A stretch of 64,000 nt of DNA from Trichosphaerium sp. ATCC 40318. Lineage: Eukaryota > Protista > Tubulinea. A program made the translations under genes and the position numbers. The notes under the pieces are model-generated. The model searched no databases, was not told the origin of the DNA, and saw only the letters and a list, made by a program, of their open reading frames with translations. The stretch spans positions 558,001 to 622,000 of the forward strand of contig JALMLS010000577.1 in NCBI GenBank assembly GCA_038496445.1, given 5' to 3'. Shown here in pieces: positions 11,901-24,649 of this stretch (position 1 is the stretch's first letter; each line of letters begins with the position of its first letter).

Positions 11901-14436
11901 ACCGTACCGCTTGGTGCACGTGGCGTGGTATTTTTAGCACCGTTTCTCAAAGTTTCCAATACACGTTTAGCTGCTGAACTGCGCAAAACTCTGGATTTGG
12001 ACATTTGCTTCCCAGACTTATTTTGTGCCTTCATAGAATAATGTTAGTGACAGTGATACGTTATTTAATAGTACCTGAAATTGCGTGTTTTGGCCGACCG
12101 TTACGTTCATTTGTGCTATCCAAGCTTGTTTCTTGCCTGATTTACTCTGTAGCATACGTTGGCCAGCTTTTGATAAAGGTGAAACGTGATTTCGTCTGAA
12201 AGGATTAATAGTACTGTGCTGCGCAAATTGCGTCCATGGTTTCGCGGCCGATGGTGTGGGTAGTTGAGACGGTGCCTGTTGTGTTGCGTTTGGCGCAATG
12301 GAGTTAGACGCTCGCTGCTAAAAGTAAAAAGTAAGCAATCAGAAGAAAAAAGGAAGCTCCCCCTCCGGGAATCGAACCCGGGTCTGTCGCGTGACAGGCG
12401 ACGATGATAGCCACTACACCAAGGGGGATGCGTTGTTGGTGAAAAGAGCCAACGTCAAAAAAGGATTTGGAAAAAATTAGTTTTGTGATTTACGTACTGT
12501 GGCAATACCATCGTCAAAATTAAAGTCGGAACGAAAACTTGGCTTTGGTTTGGGTGTGGTACTCTTTGGCAATGATGAAGCAACAAAAGCCATTGCATTG
12601 GACATAGACCTTCGTGGGGCTGCCGGCCTTTGACTGCTGTCCCTGTGTAATTTAAAACTTGAAAACTCATCTTCATCCACAGACTCTACTTCGTCTTCGC
12701 CATTTGAGCCCGAGGCTGCCAAAATCTTGCACAAAATTAGTTGTGTTTCACAAGCACCTAAGTAAAGCGTACTTGTGTGTCCATGAACTGGCTATCATTA
12801 TAAGCCATTCTTACAGGTGGCTGTAGTTGTTGTGTAGGTGCTAAGCTATCATCTTCTTTGTCATCATCGGAATCAATGTCTTCTATTTCATCATCTCTAA
12901 CACGCTAATAACTACTATTACATTCTTGAACAATATAAAATGTCTGGATACGTACTAGCATATTGGAAATACTAACAGCGTGCTTTCCAAGAGGTGTTCG
13001 AGGTGTCTTTTGAGTTTGTTGTGTTTTTGTTGGTGTTCTATGTTTTAGACTATTTACAGCAAATATTGGAGTTTCTGGAGGTCCAGAGTCTTCTATATCA
13101 TCCTCTTCAAGTTCTTGAGAGTCGAATGGAGTACCAAAGAGGTTTGGATTTTTAGCAAATCGATGATCAACCTTTTCTTCAAAATCGATCATTTCAACAT
13201 CATCCTGAACAAGAAATGTTTAATTTAAGGTTTTCTTTCTTTGTCTTCCGTTTTTTAAGAACGTACATCACTACCAGTAGCTTTTATGTACTCTGGAGTA
13301 CTTTTATCATCAGTAGCAGATACACCATCTTCATCGTCATCAGATAAAACACGCTTTCGTAAACGCCTTTGGATTGAAAATGAGCTTTGTGAAAAGTGTG
13401 ATGAAATTATTACCTTCGTTTTGGAGGCGGTTCTACATCTTTGAGTAATTCATTTGATGTCAGTAAGGGTTCCCTTTGGTTGCTATTTTCGCTTGATTGA
13501 GAATCAAGTAATAAATCAAAATCAAGCTTTCGCTTGGGTTTGCTTAGACGATTATCTTGAAAGATACTATTGTCATTAGTACTTCTACTTGGCGACTTTC
13601 TCTTTTTCAACAACCGCTTCCCTGGCGAAATGATAGCTGGGAGTGAAATCTTTGGTCTCTCCTATATTCAAGGTAAGCTGGGAGGCCCAACAAGCAACAA
13701 GAGGATGTTTTTGAAGACAAAAAAAAAGGAATTTGAGTTGGTTCACTACTGCACCTCTTCCATCGGAGCCAGGTTGTTTAAAAATCCTGAACTACTCAGT
13801 GATGAGTTACTTATATTACTACCACCAGAAATCAAAGGTGGTTTGCTTTTTGTCTTTGGCTTTATCGGCGAGAATTCAACATCTTCTAAAAAAAGCAAAT
13901 TCTGTCATTATACTGATGATGTAATGCAACGTATCTCTGTTACTTACCTATAATTTTACGCTCTGGAGGTACAGGCTCATATTCCTTTAATTTAGAAAGC
14001 ATAGGTTGAGAGCTATCGTCGTTAATATCATCTAGATTAAGGTCGTCCAAAAAACTTCTGTTTTGTCTATGAAGAGGTATGTTTGCAATTTTCTGGGTGC
14101 TATCTAAGTCTTGTGACGCTGTTTCGTCGTAAAATATATTGTCTGGGCCAATTGGATCGTCTAGTTAAAGTTTTAGATCGATATTAATGTAATGTACTGT
14201 ACCACTACTTTCGTTGAGCGATGGAAGAACGTCAGAGGCTATTGATGAACTGTCGTTTAAAACAACCTGGAAAAATGTTAACCGCCTGTCAAAATACAAC
14301 AAATTGAGCGTATGGAGTAGTTTTCACACGTAGTTATGAGCATTTTACGCGCCTCATTACTATTTTGTTCATCCTTCTGTTCTACTGGCTTGTCATCTGG
14401 AATGGTGGTCCTAGCTGAAAGCCAGCTCTTGCTCAT
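8968..14436 (-). CDS. Large multi-exon protein, acidic/disordered N-half and putative OB folds (possibly SPIDR-like)
   Basis: Many phase-compatible exons from MSKSWLSART... to ...LSVISID*; D/E/S/P-rich N-half; C-half segments LVPGAIVAIDSPW and LYRVTGTVTSV resemble OB-fold strands. Gene is well supported, family call is tentative. Confidence 0.55.
12346..12351 (-). terminator. Pol III T-tract terminator of tRNA-Asp
   Basis: T6 run 6 nt downstream of the tRNA 3' end. Confidence 0.7.
12357..12428 (-). tRNA. tRNA-Asp(GTC), intronic
   Basis: TCCCCCTTGGTGTAGTGGCTATCATCGTCGCCTGTCACGCGACAGACCCGGGTTCGATTCCCGGAGGGGGAG: 72 nt cloverleaf, anticodon GTC, T-loop GTTCGATT. Confidence 0.97.
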
Positions 14437-14587
14437 ACCCTCACAACCAAAATTGTAATCTTCTGCGTCTTTTAGCTGGATAATCAATTGTAGCTCCCCG
14501 TAACGTTCAGACAGCAATCTCTCGTTATCATCAGTGTTGTACAAACTTACGGCGTTAAGTTGGCAAAATAAATACTAGGAACTGACA

Positions 14588-17500
14588 ATGGCAACACTTG
14601 ATTCTGAGGAGCTTCCTATTTGGCAAACAAGTCTAAGTGGCGCAGAATTTAATTACACTGCGTGGGACGAAGAACCAATTGAATGTACACCCTCTGATCC
14701 GTTTATCGCGTTCAAGTTGATGCTACAGCATAAAGAGGATGGCAGTGACACAACTGATGATATATTTCTGAACGGTGAAGAAGCAGTACGAGAGGCTGCC
14801 TCTCGCGTAGTATTCGCAACTGCCAGTTCAGGTACGCTGTTTTCTTGTAATTAGTTTTTTTGTTACAAAACAAAAAAAAACGCCAATAAATTAATTAGGC
14901 GTTTCACACGTTGTTATCGAAGCTGAGGATATACCTGCCTTTATTGAAACTCATTTGGACCGCATATGGATTACACAAAACAGTGCTCTCGAGTATTACC
15001 TCATGACATTCTTTTTGGAAGAACAAGGTACCGCTTACGCGTACAGCTGGAGCATTTGAGTAAAACCCTTTCAGAGCAAAACGCTTTTAACTTTAATGAC
15101 ACCTTCTGACGTCTTGTGAATAGATGAAACAGAAATATTAGAAGAGTGGCAAGGTTTGGTCACGTCAGGGCATATTCGTGACATTACATTACTTGATATT
15201 CTATTACGGTTGGCTTTATTTGATTCATACACGTTTACACGTAATTTTGAAACAATCGCACAATACTGGACTGGATTGAACTTGGAACAAGATACACTAG
15301 CCAAATACGGTCTAAGAAATATTGAGGAGAGCATACAATCAAAATACAGCGCAGTTGGGTACAATGAAATGCTATAAATTTGTTATTACCAACGATTTTT
15401 AACATTATTTCATAGCGAACTTAATGTTCATGAAGACAAGCTAGCCACGCAAGGACCTATAAGAGATGTAGTTGCAATGAACCTTGCATATAAGGCTATG
15501 CATACACGCGCTTTAGGATTGATGCGTGCGCACCATGGAGATTTTTTCGACAATGCTGCTGAAGTGAGGAGATATACAAAATGTAAATAATCGTAGTTAA
15601 CCAATTTCTAGTCGTATGGACCTCTCAGTGAGATCATACAAGTGAAAGGAAGTATAGGCTTATCTGGGATCACAATGAATGGCATGTTCATAGATATGAG
15701 CCGAGTAAAGTCCGTTAAAGCAAAATTAACTACAACACTTGACAATGCTGTAAAAAAATTAATGGACGATCCTGCGTATTCTGGTATGTTCGTCAACGCT
15801 TTTTTTAGATACTGTCGGCTTATAACGTTTCATAGGCTTGTTCAAAATGACTATCAACAATGGCGTCGTGTCACCTGCTAAAGAAGAAGGTGTAAGGCCA
15901 AGTTTGAACATGGATAAGCTTGTTGAAGTTTTAGAGAACTGCGTTGTTGAGATTAGGGAAAAATATGAAAAGGAAGTAACAATACCACCAACAGATAGCG
16001 GAAAACACATTTCAACATCTCGAAAAATATGGTACAAGAAGAGCCTAGCTGAGCAGTATTTATTTGCTAATGTATTTTTTAAAGGGGAGAGTATAGACAT
16101 GACCATCCGTTCATTGATGATTGGATGAATATGGAGCAATCTGGTCACTTCTTGAATTTCTTAAAGCACTTGAAAACATCAAGTTGTCACCCAAAATACA
16201 CGGTATGACTATAAGATTGAAACTGCTTTTATACATTTACTCTCTTGATTGACATTATTAAAACACCAATAAGGAAAGAAAACAGATATGAATCTGTTGC
16301 TTGTTTATGAAAACCTTTTACTTTTTTTATTCACGTGATTTTTTAGTTACAGTTTTTTTAAAGTTGAAATTCAATAAAGACGACTGAGTCGTCTTGTGTT
16401 CATCTAGCTTACCCTTTTTCTTTTAGGTGCTCGTACGAAATGGACGTACTAGTTGTAGTAATCCACCAATTCAACAAACACCACGTGCTGGAGGTTTTAG
16501 AGAAATGTTTGCTGCTCGTGATGGTCATGTACTGATGGCGATTGATTATAATTTTATTGAACTTTGCACCTTGTCAAGGTAAATAGCCTCAAAAGGTATC
16601 TAGAATGCCCTCATAATGTTTTTCATAGGGTATGCGAGGCTAGATATGGCGCTTCTGTACTTGCAGATGTTATAAGAGCTGTGCGTAGTTGTGGTCTTCT
16701 ACTTGCTCTAAAAAAGTCGTTTTAGGGCACAGATCCTCATGGATTCACAGCTGCTATGTTTGAGGGTGTTGATTTTAAGGATTTTATGGCTTGGAAGCAC
16801 TCAGATGATCTTGAACTACGAAAGAAATTTAAGAGCCTTCGCCAAAGAGCTAAAGCAATTAACTTTGGTATTCCGAGCGGTGAAAGTGCTAGAGGTCTTC
16901 AAGATTATGCAAAGAGCGCTTACAACGTTGAATTGGAATTCGCAGGTATTGAAGAACACGCCTACAAGTACAACAACGCGATCTAATACCTTGTGTAGAA
17001 GCAAAACTGTTCAGAGAAAAGTTGATAAATGAAGTATACCCTGAGCTTGGTAAATACCTTGCTGAGCGCGAAATGGCTACACTAGCGAGAAATTTAGGCA
17101 CAGATGAGAAGACATGCTGGAATACGTTTGCTTGGAAGAAAGATAAGAAAAAACGATCGCCAGCTCTTGCAGGTATGTCTCGCCATTTATTTACTATTTG
17201 GCAAGGTTTCTCTTTGTTTTTAGTCCTATGATTCATGAACTCCTTAGGATGCATCCGAAACATTGTACGAGGTAATCTAAGACGACGTAAGGATGGCCGA
17301 GAGTATAATCAATACTTTGTGGCTAAAGTATGGCGAGGATTACTTAAGTTATGTACAATACCAAAGCTTAAGAAACTAATATGGGAATGTAAAGAAAATG
17401 GTGGTAATGAGGTACGTAAAAAATTTACCTTTTCTTTCTACGATGTCTATATTGTGGCTAAATTCTGTGCACGTGTTGTACCAAAAAGTGTCTATTTTTA

Positions 17501-18043
17501 GCCTTTGATTACGTTGTACTAATTGATTTGTTTAGGATTGCTATAAGAACTTATTTGGTTCTGATTGTGTAACGTTAACAGGAAGAATCCGATCTAAAGT
17601 TGGTTTTACACAAGGATGTAACACACCATTTTCTGGTGGGTTTTTGCTTCTGTGTTGAATGGATTGCACAGTGACTTACTGTTTTGTTAGGGTTAGCTGC
17701 TGACGGAGCAAAATTAGCAATGTGGAACTTGACACAAATAGGATATCGTCTTGTTGCGTTTATACATGATGAGATTTTAATAGAACTACCTGATGATGAT
17801 ACACTAAATGACAATGTTAATTTTATCAATGAAGTAGTATGTCAATCTATGCAAGAGTTAACTGGTATGTTATGGTTTCTTTTTTTGTAGTAGAAAACAC
17901 GATGAGCTCATTCTTTCGTTTTAGGTACCATTCCTATCGGTTGTGGTGTTAGTGTATCAAGGACTTGGAGTAAAGAAGCTGAAGCTGTTTATGATGAACA
18001 AGGAAGAATTAAAGTGTGGGAAGCTAGCACACAAGTCCATTAA
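14588..18043 (+). CDS. Family A DNA polymerase (phage / kinetoplastid PolIB-D-like), multi-exon
   Basis: GRTSCSNPPIQQTPR, motif A AIDYNFIELCTL, motif B RQRAKAINFGIPSG, TLTGRIR..NTPFSGLAADGAKLA, motif C VAFIHDEIL; exons join in phase. Confidence 0.92.
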
Positions 18044-18156
18044 TGAAGAAACAAATGGTTATTTTCTTCCAAAAAAAATAAACGAAAATAAAAAAAATTA
18101 ATAGCACGTGCACCACGTTTAATACAAAAAATACAATAGATTCATTTCTTCTAATT

Positions 18157-20614
18157 TTACAAATCCGTGAGCTGTGGTAACTCCTTTTTTAAAACATCAA
18201 TGTTAACAACAAGCTCACAAGCCTCATATTCAACACTATTTCTCCACCAATTCAAATGAGATTGTACAGTTTCTGCAACTCCCGGATCTTCATCTTTATA
18301 AAGTTCCACTAAACGACTCCAAGTTGTCTCTATCAACAAGAATGGTTGTCGAATATCTAAAGACTTCCATGCACAGCGCCAAAGAACTATAAAAGCGTCA
18401 GCAAACGCAGAATTTTTGAGAAAACGAAACAGTCAAGTAATTGTTTCGTACGTTTGTGCGCAAGTGTTTTAGCATCTTGATGACCTGTAGCAATCAAAGC
18501 TTCAGCAGTAATACTCCAAAACTATTCTCAAAGAGTTAATTCAAGTGTCTATAAATCAAAAAACAACACGTACATTTAATACTTGAACAAGGAAGTAATC
18601 CATCTGCTTGTCAACTTTTTTTATAATTTTGTTCAATGAAGTCAAAAACTCCGTTGCATCTTCATTAGGTTTTGGAGGGCTTTTAAATAATTCAACTGCA
18701 TCCAAAACACATTGAAAGAGTTGATTATGAACAAGCCCTTTAGCTTTAGCGTCTTTCATAATCTTAGAAACCTCTTCAAGTACATAATCAGGTGTTGAGT
18801 TGTAAACAAGCATCAACAAAGATTGATGCCAAACAATCTCAAAACCAGATGCCTTAGTCAAAGTTAGGTAAAGCATTATAGGTAGTACTCCTCTGGCACG
18901 TTTCTATTCACTTACTTTTGAGAATTGTTTAGATGCCTTATCATACTGTCTTGTATTAAAATAGCACATGCCCAAGAGATAGTTAGGACTTTCAAATGCT
19001 TCATACTTGATCTTATTTTCTTCAGTTTCATTTGCAGTATTATCACACGCATGTTCGAGGTATGGTACAGCTTCTAATACTTTTCCTTGACTCAAAAGCA
19101 TCTTACCAACCTACATTGACAATAAATAGTTAAATAGGTGTATTACATCATTAGAGTAGCGAGTACCTCTACACTGATTTTAGAAAGGTTTATCATATTA
19201 TTCTCTTTTGATAGCTTCCAAATGTTCTCAGCGTGTTCTGCTATTCTATAGTATGGCTGTGATAGTAAAGCGTTTCCAGAAGCTAATATTGTTTCTATAA
19301 AAAGAAAGAGTTAAGAAAGTTGAGCGAAAGGAATAGTTACCTATTAACTCACAGTTGAATTCTTCACGGAGAGTTTTAGTCTCTTCATTGCAAAGCTCTT
19401 TGAAATGGTCTTCAATGTATTTCAAAGCTTCAAAAAACGCCTAAGGATGAAGTTCAGTAAGAAGCTATTAAATTGTATCATACTCGTCTAGACAGAGATT
19501 CCATTTCTGATACTTCGCCATTCTGAATGAGTGTAAGAAACTTACAAAAACATTATTAGTGTACGTTATTCTTTTCTGGATTATCGGTTTTGTTGACTTG
19601 TTCAAGCTTCATTGTTGTAGTATACACATTGAATAATGTCTTAACATGCATAATATGATGTGGTGTAGACACAGAAGTTAAGCTAAACAATTAATCAAAA
19701 AAATAGTTGAAAGTCAGTCAAGTTCGTACGCATTTAGTAAAGCACGTGCTAGGGTTAAGTTTTGAAGGGCATAATCCCACTTTCCTAAAGACATCCATTG
19801 CTCTCCTCTAGCTCTACAAAGTAATGTTTAATCTACAACCATAGCACATCAGAAAAAAAACAAACTTACGCGCAGAATGTCATAATCACAGGAAATTCTT
19901 CTAAACGTGTTTCTTAGCATTAACAAAACAATCACGTGATTTCTTATTTTGAAAATCAAATAGAATTACGTACCTTCAAGAAAATCTTCAGGAGTCCATG
20001 ATACCTTATGGTACTGTTCTAGAGGTATATCTAATAACATTAATTTCAAAAAAAGAAAGTTTTTTCCTTGTTTTCTTTTTCGAGCGGAGATTTTTTTTGA
20101 TGAAAGTGAGACTACTAAAGTACTTGAACTCACGGTTGTCTGATAATTTGTTATACAGCTCCTTCCACAGGTCTACGTTGATTTTTTCAAGTTTCATTGT
20201 GTATTGGCCCAATTCTTCAACCTTTTTCATCTCTACGACTGCTTCACGGCGTTGTGCGTCGGTCACAGCGTAAGATAGCCCGACAACTATTTCTTAAAGT
20301 CAGATACAAATTTACATCCCGTAATCGTATTTTACACGCGTTAAAACGCGTTTGCGATGGTTTTCAAAGGAATTCTCAAGTTAGCGTAACAAATAGAGAA
20401 AGTGCCTGCGAATAGTATTTTCATAGTGTCACTTACGATTGTACGCGTTTTCCATGACTGTAGTAAACAGGGAAGGCTCTCCTACAAAAAAATGTTACAG
20501 ACTAACTAAAACCAGCGAAATACACACTAGAATGTTCTCCAAATACACCCGAAGCAGTTTGGACTGTTCTGAGTTGTTGCTTGACAACACCACTATGTCT
20601 TCGCTTGATTTCAT
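18157..20614 (-). CDS. TPR/alpha-solenoid protein of unknown function, multi-exon
   Basis: RARGEQWMSLGKWDYALQNL, QGKVLEAVPYLEHA, YLLGMCYFNTRQYDKASKQF are TPR-like. Confidence 0.65.
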
Positions 20615-20876
20615 CCCGGTGTGATATACTTCTTACTCTAGCGATGCAGCGTAACCCGAACATTTGAAATAGTGGCACAACTAAAATAAATTCACCGATT
20701 TTCTAATTCAGGCAAGTCCCGCGCGTGAAAAGGCAAGAATGACTAAACCAACAGCAAATTAATGCTAATAATAAAGATAGCAATCGCGTCTACGTTCTTT
20801 TATAAATGGCTTAGTACATTGTGCATGGCATTTTACAAGAAAGCCTGGAGTATGGGTTCAAGAAAGCCATTATCAG

Positions 20877-22076
20877 TCAGATGTCATATGTCACACGGGT
20901 TCCAATTAGCGCTTTAGCACCTTCTTCTGTTACAGAAGTGTTATCAGCTGAAACGTAACTTGCCCCTTTCAGTGCTTTAATGCCTTCATCTGTCACTAAA
21001 GTGCCATTGAGGTAAATGGTATGAACACCTGCAAGCGCTTTAATACCTTCATCTGTTACTGAAGTATGTATAAGATTTATAGTGTGAACTCCAGCGAGAG
21101 CCTTAATGCCTTCATCTGTTACTGAAGTGTCACGTAGGACGATATTATGAACTCCAGCGAGAGCCTTAATGCCTTTGTCTGTCACGGAAGTGCTACCAAG
21201 GTGTATGGTATGAACACCTTTAAGCGATTTGATGCCTTCATCTGTTATTGAAGTGCTATTGAGGTAAATAGTATGAACTCCAGCAAGTACTTTAATGGAT
21301 TCATCCGTCACTGAAGTGTTACAAAGACTAATTGTATGAACACCTTTGAGTGATTTAACACCTTCATCTGTAACTTTTGTGCTATCAAGATTAATATTAT
21401 GAACACCTTTGAGTGCTTTAACACCCTTGTCTGTAACACAAGTGCGCGATAGATTTATAGTATGTACACCAGCAAGCGCTTTAACACCTTCATCTGATAC
21501 TGATGTAAATATAAGACTTATAGTGTGAACTCCGGCAAGAGCCTTAATGCCTTCATCTGTAATAGAAGTGCTTCCAAGGTTTATAGTATGTACTCCAGCA
21601 AGTGCTTTAAAGCCTTCATCAGTCACATTTTCACAGGCATAAAGGTCAATTGTATGTACTCCTGCAAGCGCTTTAATGCCTTCACCTGTTACTGAACTAC
21701 TCATAAGGCTAATATAATGAACTCCTGCAAGCGCTTTAATGCCTTCATCTGTTACTGAAGTCTCATAAAGGGTAATGCTACGAACACCTGCAAGCTTTTT
21801 GATACTATTGTCATCAAAGCAACCATCAAGTACAATCTTAGTGTTTTTGAGAATGCCTTTGTGTTGTAGAAGTGATTCTACTTCCGATGAGGATTCAATG
21901 ACGATACTTCCGTAGCCAATAACATCACGCACGATAGATGCCATAAAATGGCAGGTCTGGCAAGCTGCAAATCGCGATTTGGTTGTTTGGCGTAAAATAT
22001 GCGCTATTATCTCTGTAGGTAGTCGTAATAAACTCACACTGGTGGTGTCGTTGATTGTAACGTCTGAGGAAAGCAT
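20877..22076 (-). CDS. Intronless F-box + leucine-rich-repeat protein
   Basis: LLRLPTEIIAHIL (F-box-like) followed by about 13-14 22-aa repeats ALAGVHTINL..TSVTDEGIK. Confidence 0.9.
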   Translation of the reverse strand: MLSSDVTINDTTSVSLLRLPTEIIAHILRQTTKSRFAACQTCHFMASIVRDVIGYGSIVIESSSEVESLLQHKGILKNTKIVLDGCFDDNSIKKLAGVRSITLYETSVTDEGIKALAGVHYISLMSSSVTGEGIKALAGVHTIDLYACENVTDEGFKALAGVHTINLGSTSITDEGIKALAGVHTISLIFTSVSDEGVKALAGVHTINLSRTCVTDKGVKALKGVHNINLDSTKVTDEGVKSLKGVHTISLCNTSVTDESIKVLAGVHTIYLNSTSITDEGIKSLKGVHTIHLGSTSVTDKGIKALAGVHNIVLRDTSVTDEGIKALAGVHTINLIHTSVTDEGIKALAGVHTIYLNGTLVTDEGIKALKGASYVSADNTSVTEEGAKALIGTRVTYDI

Positions 22077-22920
22077 AATCGCGTATCTTTGAAGGTAGTT
22101 ATTATTTTTGCGCCTTGAAGCGGCACTGTGTTCTTTTTAAACTATTGGTAGGTTAAATAATATTAGTCTATTTTTTTCGGGGTTTGATTTCGCCATCAAA
22201 AAAAAACAGGCGGCAGCAGTCGCTTTTGAACAAGTTGCTTTAGAAATTCCAAAAAAAATGTTTTGACTGTCGGTACTTTTCCTCGGAACTGCATCAACGA
22301 ATCGCAAAATGGCTTTTGGTGGCTATAGCTATAGAATACTACGTCATGTTTAAAATAGTAATTCTGATGTGAGCAAAAATGTCTCAAAGATTCTCGAATT
22401 CCAAAACGTCTGAAAAGCGATGTTGCCCCAACCCTGTTTTTTTTAATGGTGAAATCAAACCATTCATTACGGACGGATCATCGACTCTCACGTACAGGTC
22501 ATAATTTACTACCTCTACTTGAGGAATATGATTGTGTAATTTTGGGCGCCTGCCTTAAACAATTGCATGATAAATTGGTGTTAAGAAATAAATAAACTAA
22601 TTATCCATTTCATTGAACTCTTAACAATTGTAATGCCGGCAATAAACTAATCAACCTGCTTGTTATAATGATAATAACATCGTCTTAATAGTAAACTACA
22701 AGCGACTTAGTTATACGTAGCGACAACGATATTTGTAAATTCACGTGAATACTGACGAGTATTCATAGATTGTAATGCACATCTGAAACTCCATCAACAA
22801 CATAAATTAACAAGTTACAACCAACAAACAACAACTCACAAAACAACACTCAACAGTAAGCACAGATCTTGTTTCCGTTGCTACCCTATTTGGGACTAAC
22901 TTGTAGATGATAGAAAACCA

Positions 22921-23787
22921 ATGTCTGACGAAAAAGTATACGCCAAAGAATACAAAGAAGCCATAGCCGACAATATGACCGAGGCTATCAAGTTATTCAA
23001 GGAATCTGTTCCTGAAGCCAGTGCAGCAGAAGTTAAAAAAGAGATTGAAGAGCAAAAGAAGACACTCCTTTCAAACAAAGGGACTGAAATCATCAAAGTA
23101 CCAGCGGCTACAGACAAGGATTTTGTACATAAACCTCGTAATGGATCATCGGATTGTCAAAAAGCAGTGATCAAGTTTGGTGTTGCTACTATCCGTAAGT
23201 GCACTTTCTCTTGGTTTAGTTTCATTTCTGACTTGTCTATGTTTAGGTTTGTTCCTTAAAATGCTTGGTCTTCCTGATGAGATTGCTGGAGGAGCTGCTG
23301 AGGAATTAATGAACGAAGAGAAAGATCCGAAATCCAAGTTCAAAGAAGCCTTTACAGTGATCAAGAAAGTATGGAAATTCCGCACAACACTTGCCAACAA
23401 ACTAATTCTATCTTTTAGGCAACAACACAAAAAGGAAAAGCAAAGGCTATCATTGGATTTCTCAAGGCAATATCAACCAAGAAAATAATCACCGCTATCA
23501 AGAATCAAATGAAGAAACATACAACTAAAACAAAGTATAGTTTTGAAGCTACTACTGTTGGTTTCTAACATGTTTTATTATTCAGGTTGAAATGGTTGAA
23601 ATGGGGATTAATACTCATTGCCAAACTGGTTGCTATCTTCGCAACTGATGGAGTTGCATTGATTGCTGTCATTATTTCAGCCATGTTTTCTGCTGCAAAA
23701 TGGGCCAAAGCTCTTAAAGATGTAAAGGAGAAATGCTTCGACACCAAGAATACTGCAAACAAGAAGACTGCTGTAAAGAATAAGTGA
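22921..23787 (+). CDS. Helical protein with C-terminal hydrophobic hairpin, 4 exons
   Basis: Spliced: MSDEKVY...FGVATI|RLFLKMLGL...|ATTQKGKAKAIIGFLKAISTKKII...|LKWLKWGLILIAKLVAIFATDGVALIAVIISAMF...*. Confidence 0.75.
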
Positions 23788-23819
23788 TTCTGGTAGTACT
23801 CATCTACTCAACGCTCAAA

Positions 23820-24163
23820 TGATATAGTACTTATTAACTCAACGCTCCAATAAAATAGTTTCTACCTCTAAGTCTGGCTGTTTGATCGCTCTATAAACCT
23901 TACTGCTGTTATAACAGAACTTCGAAAATACAGCCCATTTCTTCAATAAACGAGGATAATCTTGTTTACCAACTAAAAATCTGGTTGTCATGAAATACAA
24001 AACCCTTAATTTACAAAGCACGTGCGTGGATCTTCATGTGTATGTACCACAATAGGATACGGATAGACACGAATTGAGGAAGGGCGAGAAAAAACCCAGA
24101 AAAAACCGTGATATAGTACTTATAAACTCAACATTCAAATAAAATAGTTTCAACAAAGTCTGG
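23820..24163. repeat. About 55-bp imperfect direct repeat (23820-23878 and 24109-24163)
   Basis: gatatagtacttat.aactcaac..tc.aataaaatagtttc.ac..aagtctgg in both copies. Confidence 0.8.
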
Positions 24164-24649
24164 ATAAGGGTGTACAAAGAGATTATAGCGTACAATACGC
24201 AAACACAAGATGATTGTGACATAGAAGACAATGCGTGACATGTTGACTTGTGGAGCTATGGAACGCCAACTAAGCATCACATTCTTTTGTGGACTAGCAG
24301 ATATGATAGTCTGGCTTCTTTCTATTGCTACCCAAATTTTATCAATTGATTATTTGGGAATCCACCCAGTGTAATGAAGTAACATACGGGTGAGGGCGGT
24401 TTTATTTCCTGTAATTCCGCCCTTCTTTTTGATTTTTGTTGAAAAGGAACAAAAACTGAATTTTTACAAAACAAAAAAGGATTGTAGTGCAAGGAGTTTT
24501 GATTGGTTACTCTTGCCTTTGTTCAATCTACTGCGACTTTATTCGAATCATATCCATACATTAGTTCCTTTTAAAGCTTTAACTCCTCTTTTGTTACTAA
24601 AGTATAACGTGCATTTACTTTTTTTGTCCCAACATAATGCCTTTATCAG

